Assembly (NCBI GenBank): GCA_950097015.1
Contig: CATNEN010000007.1
Location: 2,356,001-2,420,000 of the forward strand
DNA length: 64,000 bases
Origin: Macrostomum hystrix
Lineage: Eukaryota > Animalia > Platyhelminthes
Reading direction: 5' to 3'
Positions 24,691 to 35,800 of this stretch are shown here, piece by piece. The notes beneath the pieces are model-generated. The model had not been told where the DNA came from. It did not search any database and saw nothing but the letters and a program-made list of their open reading frames with translations. A program made the position numbers and the translations under genes. Each line of letters opens with the position of its first letter. The stretch's first letter is position 1.

Positions 24691-25583
24691 TCAGTACCAC
24701 ATTGGCCACCACATCAGAGGGGAGAACAGCAGCGCTCCCGTTGCGAAGCCGAGCGCAGCGTCTCCTGCACAGCAGGAGTGACAGCCGTAGCACGAGTGCC
24801 GATTGCAATAAGGTGGCCTGCCGTCATCGTAGACAACTATGGTGTTGCCGTCCGAGTGGTAGATCACCTGGGCTGGTACCTGGCGGCCGTTCTCAACGTA
24901 GATCACTCGCTCGCGACGATACGGAGGAGGCGTCACTCCGTCAGAGTAGACCGGCGGAGGCGAGAAGTGGCGCTGCTTTGGTCGGACCTGGCGTCCGGTG
25001 GCCACAGCCTCGGTCCAGGCCACTAGTTCTTCGACGGAATCGGCGCAAAACTCCCACGTCTTCTCTGGTGTCTCTAGGGCGAAGAGGGCGTCGATTGGCA
25101 CGCCTTCCGGTGGAGAGACGTCGCACTTTGAGCCGACGAGCACTCGCTGTACCTGCAACGAAAAGCAAATAAACAAACACGTGGAACAACTCGTCCTTCA
25201 AACCCAGTCCGAAGACAAGTTTGATATTCAGATTAAAAAATATCTGAAGCCAGCGAACAGCCTCACCTCAAGCGGCAGCACGATGGTGTCCTCGGCGCTT
25301 CCGCTTTGAGGCGACTCGAAATAGCTCAGATCGCCGTTGCAGTCGATCACCACCCAGCTGCGCTTCCAGCGACGAAGGAAGTCACCTTTAAAAATGGGAA
25401 ATTCGGGATTTTATAAATAACTGAAAATATCTAAATTAAATCTGGATGTACCTGTAAGCTTAGCTTCCTATTTAAACAGATTATTTATTAAAGTTTCCTT
25501 GAAGTTTAGTAAATTCGACAGGTCTTACTTTTGCGAAACAGCCAGCCCGACTTCAAGATCCGGTCCGAAGATGCTGCAGCCAT
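24691..25583 (-). CDS. PLEKHB: PH-domain protein, PLEKHB (evectin)-like (211 aa)
   Basis: Exons 25583-25529, 25385-25267 and 25152-24691. PH motifs KSGWLFRKSDFLRRWKRSW and FCADSVEELVAW, a PPPY motif, and the C-terminal hydrophobic tail DAALGFATGALLFSPLMWW typical of PLEKHB1/2. Confidence 0.85.
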
Positions 25584-26297
25584 TAAAGAAACAATGAAAG
25601 CAGGACAACCCCGACAGTCAGTGGAGCTCTTGGATTCTCACAGCTTGTTGCTGCCGCGGGTTTTAGCTAGTGCACCCTACTCAAGAAATTTCTGGAATTC
25701 GGGGCTCGTGAATGCAACTCAAGTCAGAGAAAGATAGTTTCTCTTGCCGATTCGTTCAATCAACCCGATCGCAATAGAATCGATTGTTTAATACAGGAAA
25801 AGCATTTCTCTTTCCTTACTCAGCTTTTTAGCTACATGAGAGCTGAGCGCGCGGTTAAAAAGGACTCGTTGAAAAGGAAAAAATCGATCCTAACTCGACG
25901 TTGTTACCTAACTTGCTATGGGCGTATTCACGCATATGTTACTCAGTAGCCATTAGCTCTGTTTATCTTTCTTTACTCAACTGTTCTACCATAATATAGT
26001 CACAGGTCCATGGCTCTAAGTGAACTCAAATCAATGGAATCTTCGTGCCAGTTGGAGTAAAATAAAATTTGTGCATTTCGTGTTCTCAAAGCTAGAAAAC
26101 TAGCGACTTTATATAAAGATCAATTCAGAATAATATAAAAAGAACCAATGCCAATAGGCAATAGGTCGTAAGTTATTTTCAGTAAATTTTCCGCAATATT
26201 TCAAGCATTTCAGCCTTTGCATTGTCCCGCACTTTGGAATTTAAAATCGTTCTCGATGGTGTTAGTTCAAGTTATCTCAAGTCCTTCTCATTCTGTT

Positions 26298-26897
26298 TCA
26301 GAGGACGAACGGTGAAAGGCACTCTCCGAAAAAGCCCGAATAAAGGTCAGAAAAACTGGGCCCGTCATTCAGCTGTGAACGCGTGTGCTCCAGAATGACA
26401 ATGCTTTCATTTCCATTGCCGTTGTTCGCCTCCGAGGGGTACTGGTAACAGAGGCTGGCGTTGACGATGGTGCCGCAGCTGGCCCAGGACCATCCGCCAG
26501 CCGGCTCCGGACTGCCCGGAGCCTGAAAGCCAACGGTGATTGCGGTTATCGAGCTCATGCTTTTGACAAGGTTCCTGAGGTGAGCCATCTCGGTTAAATC
26601 TGTGACTTCAGCCATGATGCTCAGGCCGAGCTCAGTGTCCATGGTTGCCTTGGCGACCGTCCAGTTCTTTGTGCCGGCGTAGAACTTGTACTTAAAACCA
26701 CACAGGTCGTCAGCGAATCCGGTGGGACACAGAGCTCCGGGTGGCAGTCCCGGCTGCTGCTTCACAAACACCTGCTTGATGCGAGTGCGAGTGAAGAATT
26801 CAAGCTTGGTCCGTGAGTCGACGCAGCATGTTGCGTAATATTTCGGTCTCCGAAACCTGACTCGACAATATCGCAATGTCAACTTAGACGCTTCCAA
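26298..26897 (-). CDS. Atypical C-type-lectin-like domain protein; 5' end unresolved, possibly a pseudogene
   Basis: CGFKYKFYAGTKNWTVA, EPAGGWSWASC, EANNGNGNESIV, LNDGP and GECLSPF. Paralogous to 35823-36320. No signal peptide, and an in-frame stop lies just upstream of the ORF start. Confidence 0.6.
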   Translation of the reverse strand: MEASKLTLRYCRVRFRRPKYYATCCVDSRTKLEFFTRTRIKQVFVKQQPGLPPGALCPTGFADDLCGFKYKFYAGTKNWTVAKATMDTELGLSIMAEVTDLTEMAHLRNLVKSMSSITAITVGFQAPGSPEPAGGWSWASCGTIVNASLCYQYPSEANNGNGNESIVILEHTRSQLNDGPSFSDLYSGFFGECLSPFVL

Positions 26898-27589
26898 ATA
26901 TTAGCAGATGAACTACCAAGGGGGAATCCCGCCTGACAATTATTGGTGCTGCACCTGAACAGAGAAACGCAACTGTTTAAACATCAGCGTAAAGCTCTGA
27001 AAGCATGGCAGACTGACAAATCAGTTGATAAACACTGAGGCGGATGCTGTTGCTCAGAAGGATATGTGAGAAGTCTACAAACAAATAGTCGGAGTTAGAC
27101 TATGGTATTCAGTGTCAAGCCGCGTGCCTACTTTAATGCTTGGTGCGTTCTGATTGGCTGGGTGGTCAAATTTTGGCAGGCGAGTGTTGTGGCTGTGGGG
27201 GTCCCGCGACTCTGAGCAGGCCGTCGCCTCTCAAAGCGGAAGCTCAGTTTCTTGATCAGTTTAAAAACTATTACGCTTGTAATACTGCTTCTAGAAAGTG
27301 TGTTTATAAAGGCAAAATTATTTTATGCGTTCAAACATTCTAGAAGGCACAAAACGATTTATTAAACGATTTATATAATTATCAAATATTAACTCACAAG
27401 AATAAGACAAGTAAAACAATTACCTAAGAAGTGAACTCAAAATGGTATCGGATGAATAAAACAACAATTATCAGCAAACACTTGACAGCAAAATTAAAAC
27501 AAAATGGTTCGGGGACACCATAAAAAGTTAAAAGGATAGAAATATCTTAAGAAAAAAAATCGGGCAGCTCATGGGTAGCTCATCATAGA

Positions 27590-28030
27590 ACTAGGTCGAT
27601 GATAGAACTAGGTCGATAATAGAACTAGGTCGATAATAGAACTAGGTCGATGATAGAACTAGGTCGATGATAGAACTAGGTCGATAATAGAACTAGGTCG
27701 ATGATAGAACTAGGTCGATGATAGAACTAGGTCATCATAGAACTAGGTCGATGATAGAACTAGCTCATGATAGAACTAGGTTGATGATAGAACTAGGTTG
27801 ATAATAGAACTAGGTCGATAATAGAACTAGGTCGATAATAGAACTAGGTCGATGATAGAACTAGGTTGATGATAGAACTAGGTTGATAATAGAACTAGGT
27901 CGATAATAGAACTAGGTCGATAATAGAACTAGGTCGATGATAGAACTAGCTCATGATAGAACTAGGTCGATGATAGAACTAGGTCGATAATAGAACTAGG
28001 TCGATGATAGAACTAGGTCGATGATAGAAC
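27590..28030. repeat. 17-bp minisatellite (AGAACTAGGTCGATAAT / AGAACTAGGTCGATGAT)
   Basis: Direct tandem repetition. Confidence 0.95.
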
Positions 28031-28042
28031 ATGATAGATAGA

Positions 28043-28245
28043 GAGGGCAAACCTCCAAGGCACAGTGACGATGAGAAAGTCAGGGCAGATGTACACACAT
28101 GTGTGGGCGTGTGCTTGCGTACGGTTTCTGTGTGCGTATGTGCTGAGAAGTCAGCGAAATAGGCAGAATTGCCTCCTCGCTGGCTGCGGGTCTAGTGTCA
28201 CCAAATGATGTGCAACTGCCCGCAGCCCTCCTGCAATTATGATAT
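28043..28245 (+). mobile_element. tRNA-derived SINE family, 5'-truncated copy
   Basis: Shares the body GCAGAATTGCCTCCTCGCTGGCTGCGGGTCTAGTGTCACCAAATGATG with the other copies. Confidence 0.85.
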
Positions 28246-28597
28246 GATAGGTCAAGGATGGCGCCTTGCATTTATATCGCAGAATAATTGTTTTAATACT
28301 CATATTTAGAAAATATGCGCTGCGCGCTCGTAGTCACAAAACGAACAAAACAGAAGCGCTTGCTAAACAGAAGCAAGCAGAATAGAGCTGCCAGCTTTAA
28401 GGCGTAAGGCGAATCATAGAAATAGTGCTTTTAGTGACGTATAAGAAACAATACTCATAGTAGTGCGCACCGTCTAAAAACAAAAACTTTCAGAGCTCGC
28501 ATTCACCCAGTGGGCCCAGCATCAGCCATTTTTATTGCTGAGCCTCAGTCATTCCCCAGAATCAGCCGGTCTTCCAGCTTCAGCAACTCTCCCAGCT

Positions 28598-31127
28598 TCA
28601 GCCTCGATGGCACAGCCAGTTTTCCAGTTCCTCCAAGCCCTTCTGAGTGACATCCGGCGAGTAGGCCTCCAAGCGTTCAGCCAGCGCTCTAGCACAGCGG
28701 CTCCAGTCCAGCTCGCGGCGGTGGAGGTCGGCAGCCAGACCGTAGACAAACCTGCCAGACAGAAGGCGTGGCAGCCAGTCGATGAGTCTATCAGCCTCGC
28801 CAGTCTCCGAGTGAGCCTGCAGGAACAGCATCAGGGACACCAGATGAGCCTGGAATGCGTTGAACTGATGCAGCAGGGAAAGGTAGTACTCGGATTGTTG
28901 ATCTGCAGCCACTTGACGATTTTCAACTGAGTAGATGTCGAAGTCCAAGCTTCTAGAACGCTTAGCCGATGGCTCGGATTCATCCCGAATATCTGTGCGA
29001 TTTCTCTTACGTTTGACCTCGGCGACGCCTTCACCCTTGTTCTCGCCCTCGGCTTTGGAGTCGCCCTCGGCCTTGGAGTCGCCCTCGGCCTTGGAGTCGC
29101 CCTCGGCCTTGGAGTCGCCCTCGGCCTTGGAGTCGCCCTCGGCTTTGGAGTCGCCCTCGGCCTTGGAGTCGCCCTCGGCCTTGGAGTCGCCCTCGGCTTT
29201 GGAGTCGCCCTCGGCCTTGGAGTCGCCCTCGGCCTTGGAGTCGCCCTCGGCCTTGGAGTCGCCGTCAACCAGCTGAAAGTGCAGCACACAGATGGCCAGC
29301 AGGGCGCGGGTGACGCACAAACTCGGCCAGCCAATCAGCCGCTTGCGCTCGCTATTTTCGCCTACGCCGTCTGCCGAATGACGGCAGGCTCGGCGCAGCA
29401 GGTGCAGGACTAGGCGGAACTTCCGACTCGACGCAAACCTGTTCGGCAGCAAGGCGACAAGCTCGGAATCGGTTGCTTCCAGGGCACTCATTGCGCAACG
29501 CCACACAATGTCACCATCGCCATCACTTGCTGCGCACCGATGCTCCGCCAGTTTCACTGGCATCTGTCGAACTTCGGTTCCGAAGCGCACAAACTCTTCA
29601 ACAACAAAGCCGTCCGAGCTCCGACCGCGCGCGTTTTCCAACTCGTAGGCCACGGAGCGCCATTCTCTGGTGGACTCAAAGATGGCCGGCAATTTCGGAT
29701 GCTCCAATCCAATGGGCAGGATCACCTTGCCATAGAGCAGCGCATCGATGAAGAACACCAGCTTGCGCCGGCGTCTGTGAGCGTCAGTCAGCGGCGACGG
29801 CGCCGGAGTTGGGAAGAAGATCTGGTCGGTTCCATCTGACTTCAAGCTGAGCGCATCAGCCTCCGACTTGAGTCGATAGTGGCGCAGGGAGGCGTCAAAG
29901 CGCTCCATAACGCCCGGCCGCAGCTTACGGCGCAGCTCAGCCAGGCAATCCTGCGCGGCTTTGAACTCGTGCGTCCAGCGAATCGACTCCGTGATGGCGG
30001 AGAACTGGTCGCCGCCGACCCGGCGACAGCCCAGCGATTGGCGGGCCTCGGCCGCTTCCTTCTCGGACACGTAGTCATTGCCGGCCAGGCTGGCCCACAG
30101 GGGAGCGAGCTCCGGTCGCAGGCTGAGGTTGTCCAGCGGCGCTAGGCGGCAGTCGGACTGCGGGGCGGATTGAACGTACAGTTTTGTGTCAGCTGAAGCT
30201 ACCGCAGCTGAGAATTTCCACCTCTTCCAATTCGCTAATCCTACCTGCAAATAAAGGCAGCAGCGCATGAAGGTGTCAGCTGACGCGAGTCCCCTATCCG
30301 TGAGGTCCAAACTGTCGGAGGGCACGACGCCGCCGCTCAGTGGGTAAAGAAAAAAGTCGCTGTCGCCAGTCAGCAGCGGACAGTTTAGCCGACCCGCGAG
30401 GGTTGCAGTCTGTTGAGGCGAGCAAAGAGCGCATTAAGGAAAAGAAAGAGGATGGGATTCTATAATTTTCTAAACATATCGGCTATCAAAAATGTAAGAT
30501 ATTCTTTATTTTGCGTGCCGCTGACCTGCTCATCAGCATCTCCGGTCAGCACGGTGGCCACTGGGTAGCCGCGTTGCACCACCGCCTGGCTGAAGACGTC
30601 GTAAGTGAGAATCGGCAGCAGGCGATTGCGATTGTCGCTGCGGCCGGTGCGAAGCAACCTTTCGCAGCCGGCTGCGCGCTGAGACATCCGGTTCAGCTGC
30701 TGGCGAATCTTGCCGCCCTCCCAGTCCTGGCGGCAGAGGGATAGGAGGGATAGGGATCTATACATTGGGGTGGTGGGTTCTTAGGCGTGAGGTGGGTGCC
30801 AAGAGAGTGAGAATCTGAAAATAAAAGTCCAAGAACGAGTCTTTCAAAAAAGTACAATTAACCAGTTCACAAGACACCGTCTTTCACCTTGGCTCCATCA
30901 AAAACAAACAGAGGCTGCACGCGACAGCGATCGAACTTGTCAAATAGCCGGCTAATCCGGTCAGCGTACAGATCGTACTCGCCGCCATAATCGTAGGCGA
31001 ATGAGTACAGATAGTGGACAAAGTTCGCAGCGTCAATCACCAGGCGGCAGTCGGCAAGACGGTGCTCCTTGAAGCCGCCGTCCTGAGCATTGCGCTCCAT
31101 GTAGCTTTTGAGTCCGCGGACTCCCAT
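28598..31127 (-). CDS. ASTE1: Asteroid homologue (XPG/FEN1-like PIN-fold nuclease family)
   Basis: Exons 31127-30888, 30726-30526 and 30409-28598, with a possible extra 87-bp intron at 30244-30158. Motifs MGVRGL, LVIDAAN, FVFDG, GDADEQ, LLTGDSDFFLY and PLWASLAGNDY. Confidence 0.88.
29044..29264 (-). repeat. In-frame 18-bp coding repeat, (GDSKAE) x about 12, in ASTE1
   Basis: Tandem GTCGCCCTCGGCCTTGGA units inside the open reading frame. Confidence 0.93.
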
Positions 31128-31206
31128 TGCGCTGAGGACAGGAAAGTACCTTTAGATTAGTGTACTATTAACTATTCGAAATACAAGGGCAATGCCTAGT
31201 CACTGA

Positions 31207-31934
31207 CTGACTCACTAATGGAATAGGGATTTGGGTAGTGGCTGACTCACTGATGGAATAGGGATTTGGGTAGTGGCTGACTCACTGATGGAATAGGGAT
31301 TTGGGTAGTGGCTGACTCACAGATGGAATAGGGATTTGGGTAGTGGCTGACTCACTGATGGAATAGGGATTTGGGTAGTGGCCGACTCACTGATGGAATA
31401 GGGATTTGGGTAGTGGCTGACTCACTGATGGAATAGGGATTTGGGTAGTGGCTGACTCACTGATGGAATAGGGATTTGGGTAGTGGCTGACTCACTGATG
31501 GAATAGGGATTTGGGTAGTGGCTGACTCACTGATGGAATAGGGATTTGGGTAGTGGCCGACTCACTGATGGAATAGGGATTTGGGTAGTGGCTGACTCAC
31601 TGATGGAATAGGGATTTGGGTAGTGGCTGACTCACTGATGGAATAGGGATTTGGGTAGTGGCTGACTCACTGATGGAATAGGGATTTGGGTAGTGGCCGA
31701 CTCACTGATGGAATAGGGATTTGGGTAGTGGCTGACTCACTGATGGAATAGGGATTTGGGTAGTGGCTGACTCACTGATGGAATAGGGATTTGGGTAGTG
31801 GCTGACTCACTGATGGAATAGGGATTTGGGTAGTGGCTGACTCACTGATGGAATAGGGATTTGGGTAGTGGCTGACTCACTGATGGAATAGGGATTTGGG
31901 TAGTGGCTGACTCACTGATGGAATAGGGATTTGG
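31207..31934. repeat. 35-bp minisatellite, 21 units (CTGACTCACTGATGGAATAGGGATTTGGGTAGTGG)
   Basis: Period of 35 verified. 18 units carry TGACTCA; three (31382, 31557, 31697) read CCGACTCA. Confidence 0.97.
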
Positions 31935-32324
31935 AAAATGATTGACCCACTGGCTGAACAGGAATTACTTAACGATGCGAAAAATGATGAAGAGATTAAA
32001 AAACGGCAGAGTTTTCTAAGGATGTGCTAAAAGCTCTAAACAGAAGTTCAAAAGAGAAATTTATTTTCAGGTTATAAAAAAATAGCGCATGTTTCCATAG
32101 TAATCACAACAGCTTCATTTAAATTCTATCTAAAAAGCGAAAAAGTATAAAAATAGCCATAAATACTTTTGATACACACGGATCGGTAAATAATTGGGGA
32201 TGCAAGTAGTATATAATATTACTATTAGGTATAAAAATGTGACCTTTTGACCTTCTTTTGTCTAACAATTAGGCTCATCAGTCTAACAGACTGGTTTATT
32301 AGTATAACATGTAGGCCCATTATT

Positions 32325-32775
32325 CTAACAGGTAGGCTTCACCGTCTAACAGGTAGACTCATCTGTCTAGCAGGTAGACTCATCTGTCTAACAGGTAGAC
32401 TCATCTGTCTAACAGGTAGACTCATCTGTCTAACAGGTAGACTCATCTGTCTAACAGGTAGACTCATCTGTCTAACAGGTAGACTCATCTGTCTAACAGG
32501 TAGACTCATCTGTCTAACAGGTAGACTCGTCTGTCTAGCAGGTAGGCTTATTAGTCTAATAGGCAGTTTTATTAGTCTAACAGGTAGGCTCACCAGTCTA
32601 ACAGGTAGGCTCATCAGCCTAGCAGGTGGACGCATCAGTCTAACAGGTAGGCTCGTCAGTCTAACAGGTAGGCTCACCAGTCTAACAGGTAGGCTCATCA
32701 GCCTAGCAGGTGGACGCATCAGTCTAACAGGTAGGCTCGTCTGTCTAACAGGTAGACGCATCTGTCTAAGTGGTA
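32325..32775. repeat. 21-bp minisatellite (CTAACAGGTAGACTCATCTGT), degenerate at the edges
   Basis: Direct repetition; ORFs across it repeat every 7 aa. Confidence 0.92.
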
Positions 32776-32869
32776 GGCTGCCCTGCCGAATAATTTGTAA
32801 CATTTGTAATTTGCAAAGGTGTCCATGCACGTGTGTAACAGGCAGGATCTATAGTAAACCACGCCTCAA

Positions 32870-35800
32870 TCAGCCGGGAAGTCCAAACGTGGCAAATCGG
32901 GTCGGACGCCCGGATTGCTCAGCTCCCAGCAGAGCCACCACGGCAGCTGAGCCGGCCACCAGCCTAACAAACCTTGCCGAGCCCGACTCGCCAGCTTCGA
33001 AGTGGGCCAGCTGGCGGCCTCCGCGCCACACTCGCAGGCTGCCGTCAAGGGAAGCCGTCACGGTCACGATGTCGCTGAAGCTGGCTAATTGATCCGCATA
33101 GGTGAAGTCGACGGACGCAATCTGATAGCGAAGATAGAAAGAAATTTAATGTAAGGAATTTTAAGCCTTGGGCTGACATGCACTCTCTAGCAACGCATCA
33201 AAGCAAAGCCATCTGCACTGACTACAGGCATCACATCCGAAACATCACAAAACATTACATAACATTGGCCTTTCATGTGCAATCCAATTAATAATAATAA
33301 TAATAATAATAATTGCAGGTGGGCTGTGGGCAATGGCACATCATTTAGTGACACTAGACCCGCAGCCAGCGAGGAGGCAATTCTGCCCATTTCGCTGACT
33401 CCTGAGCACACACGCGCACAGATACCGTACGCAGGCACACTCTCACACGTGTGTACATCTGCCCTGTCTTTCTCATTGTCAGGAAGTGTACACTTCACTG
33501 TGCCTTGGAGGTTGGCCCTCAAGGGCTTAAATTGCACGACAAGCCCCTAAGCCTTCTCTCCGCGGCTGCGTCCCAAATGTGGAATCGAGCTCCGGGACCT
33601 TGGTGCGAGAGGCAAACGGGATATAACGCTCTGCCACTCACCTCCCGTGAATACCAGCATTAGCCGTTGTGCAAATTGGGTGGGTATTCGCAGCCCATTG
33701 GGCACAGCCATAAATCGATCAATCTAAACGAGTACTTTAGGCTTACTCAACAGATGAGCACGAACATACCGGACTAGAGTGTCCCTGCAGTTGGATTAGA
33801 CTATCCAATCTGCGATCCGCCGAGAGCCAACGCCAAAACGCGGCGCAGCCGTCGCCGCCGCAGGTGACAATGAAGTCGCCGCGGAAGCAGCGCAAGCTGA
33901 CGATGCCACCGGCGACGCCGGAATGAGCGCCGCGAGCGACCGCGACAAATTTAGACGTTGGCGCCTCCTTTGAAATTGCGGCCGCTGCGGCTGGTGACGT
34001 CGCTTTCAGAGCTGCCGGCAGCGCCAGCGCCACTCGATAGGCATCTGAGGGCTTAAAAATTCGGGCAGCCAAGCTTGAGCACACTCTTATTCTATGAGTA
34101 TTTCTTCCTAACTTACATGAAAAACCAGCAGATCGCCACTAGTGAGTCCGATGGCCATGAGAGGCTCCTCATCTATCTTGTCCTCAAAGAATTGAACTGA
34201 ATCCTCCGTGGCGATGCCTCCTATAGTGCTTATGTTCGCTTTCACTGGCACCGCCGCGCCTCGGGCCCAATCGCCGCGCGAGTCGCGAAGGGACCAGACT
34301 GAGAAGCTTCCGCTGGCGCTGTCGACTGATAGAACGTGGCGAGAGTCCGGAGAGAAGATCGGCTTGAGCTTGGAGACACCTGCGAGTGAATTGGGTCCGT
34401 GTGGGATACACTGCGATTAGACAAGGGGTTCCTGTGGATTGATACTCTGCGATTGGACAAGGGGTTCCTGTGGGAGGATACACTGTGATTGGACATGGGG
34501 TTCCTGTGGGAGGATACACTGTGATTGGACATGGGGTTCCTGTGGGTTGATACTCTGCGATTGGACATGGAGTTCCTGTGGGTGGATACTCTGCGATTGG
34601 ACATGGGGTTCCTGTGGGAGGATACACTGCGATTGGACATGGGGTTCCAGTGGGAGGATACACTGTGATTGGACATGGGGTTCCTGTGGGAGGATACACT
34701 GCGATTGGACATGGGGTTCCTGTGGGAGGATACACTGTGATTGGACATGGGGTTCCTGTGCAAGGGGTTCCTGTGGGTTGATACTCTGCGATTGGACATG
34801 GGGTTCCTGTGGGAGGGTACACTGCAATTTGAAAGGGGTTCCGTTAACTGGTACAGGACTATTACCTATTTTTTAACATTCGAAAACATTCTCACCAGGT
34901 ATTTCCTAGCAGTGAATGCGCTTCAGGATTCGCTTAGCAATGTCTCGATCATCTCGGTCGGCTTTGCCAGCGTCTGGAAACTCGTACAGGTGGCAACGAC
35001 TGCCGAGCGTCTCAATCAGTACCAGATGCTGCATCGTGGCTCGGATCCAGCGTACTTCACCTGGAAGTCGTCGAAGAGTGCCAACTCTGCGCCGACTGAG
35101 AAGGTCAAAGAGTACAAGCGAACAGGCGACGCTGTCGCCTTCGCCGACCATCAGGGCAGCGATTCCACGCGACGCTAAGATTCTAACGCTGGTCAGGTAA
35201 AGTCGACGGTGATTGTTCAACGGCGCCTCGGCTGGCGGTTGAGCTCCGTTCTGTTCGGCGAGCATGTCGACAGCTGAGGCAAGTCGTGCCTCATCTCGAG
35301 AGATCTGATGAAAGCGTGACATGGAGCCTTCTACTATTCAGACAAAAATCAATAAACCAGGTGGGTTAGTGTGAAGACGAAGTTGTTATAAAGCGCAAAA
35401 AGCTACTTGAAAAAATGCCAAAGTAGTCAAAGAAATAGCATTTAAGCTTGCCATACTAGTGGAAAATTATTTAACAGTTGGCTTAAATTGGTTCCAAAGC
35501 ACATTAGAAAGTATCTTAGAAAGTCCAACAAGTCAAAAGCTTTTTTCATATGCGGCTTACTCTAAGTTTGAGCCCATTATTTTCCAGCATACAGAGCGAT
35601 GGCAGAGGAAGAATAAATTTTGTTCAAACAAAGCAACCGGATATTTTTTGTGCAAACGAGTTTGATGCGGTTTGGGTCCATTAGGTCCATGTCAAAACCT
35701 GAAACCTGAATTGCTAGATGGATAGATGGACAGCAGACCAGAGACACTGAGCTGCTAGCCCTGAGCGCTAGAGCTAGAGGCATCCACCTGTTTGCGGTAC

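Noticed and set aside
31207-31934. 35-bp array as a CRISPR locus
   Set aside because: Units are contiguous with no unique spacers, there are no cas genes, and the context is eukaryotic.
32247-33092. 281-aa ORF with LICLTGR repeats resembling an LRR protein
   Set aside because: Product of the 21-bp minisatellite; open in both directions and running antisense into the last NWD exon.
33187-33663. ORFs overlapping SINE copies (also 10148-10354, 28080-28271, 43655-43852, 44346-44737, 56975-57466, 58783-59035)
   Set aside because: Similar peptides arise only because the SINE body is repeated; starts and stops are not conserved between copies.
34184-34876. Mucin-like or Cys-rich repeat ORFs (YPPTGTPCPIAV; CDWTWGSCGRIH)
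   Set aside because: The 36-bp array lies between a strong donor (34895) and acceptor (34380) and is open in several frames on both strands, so it is intronic.
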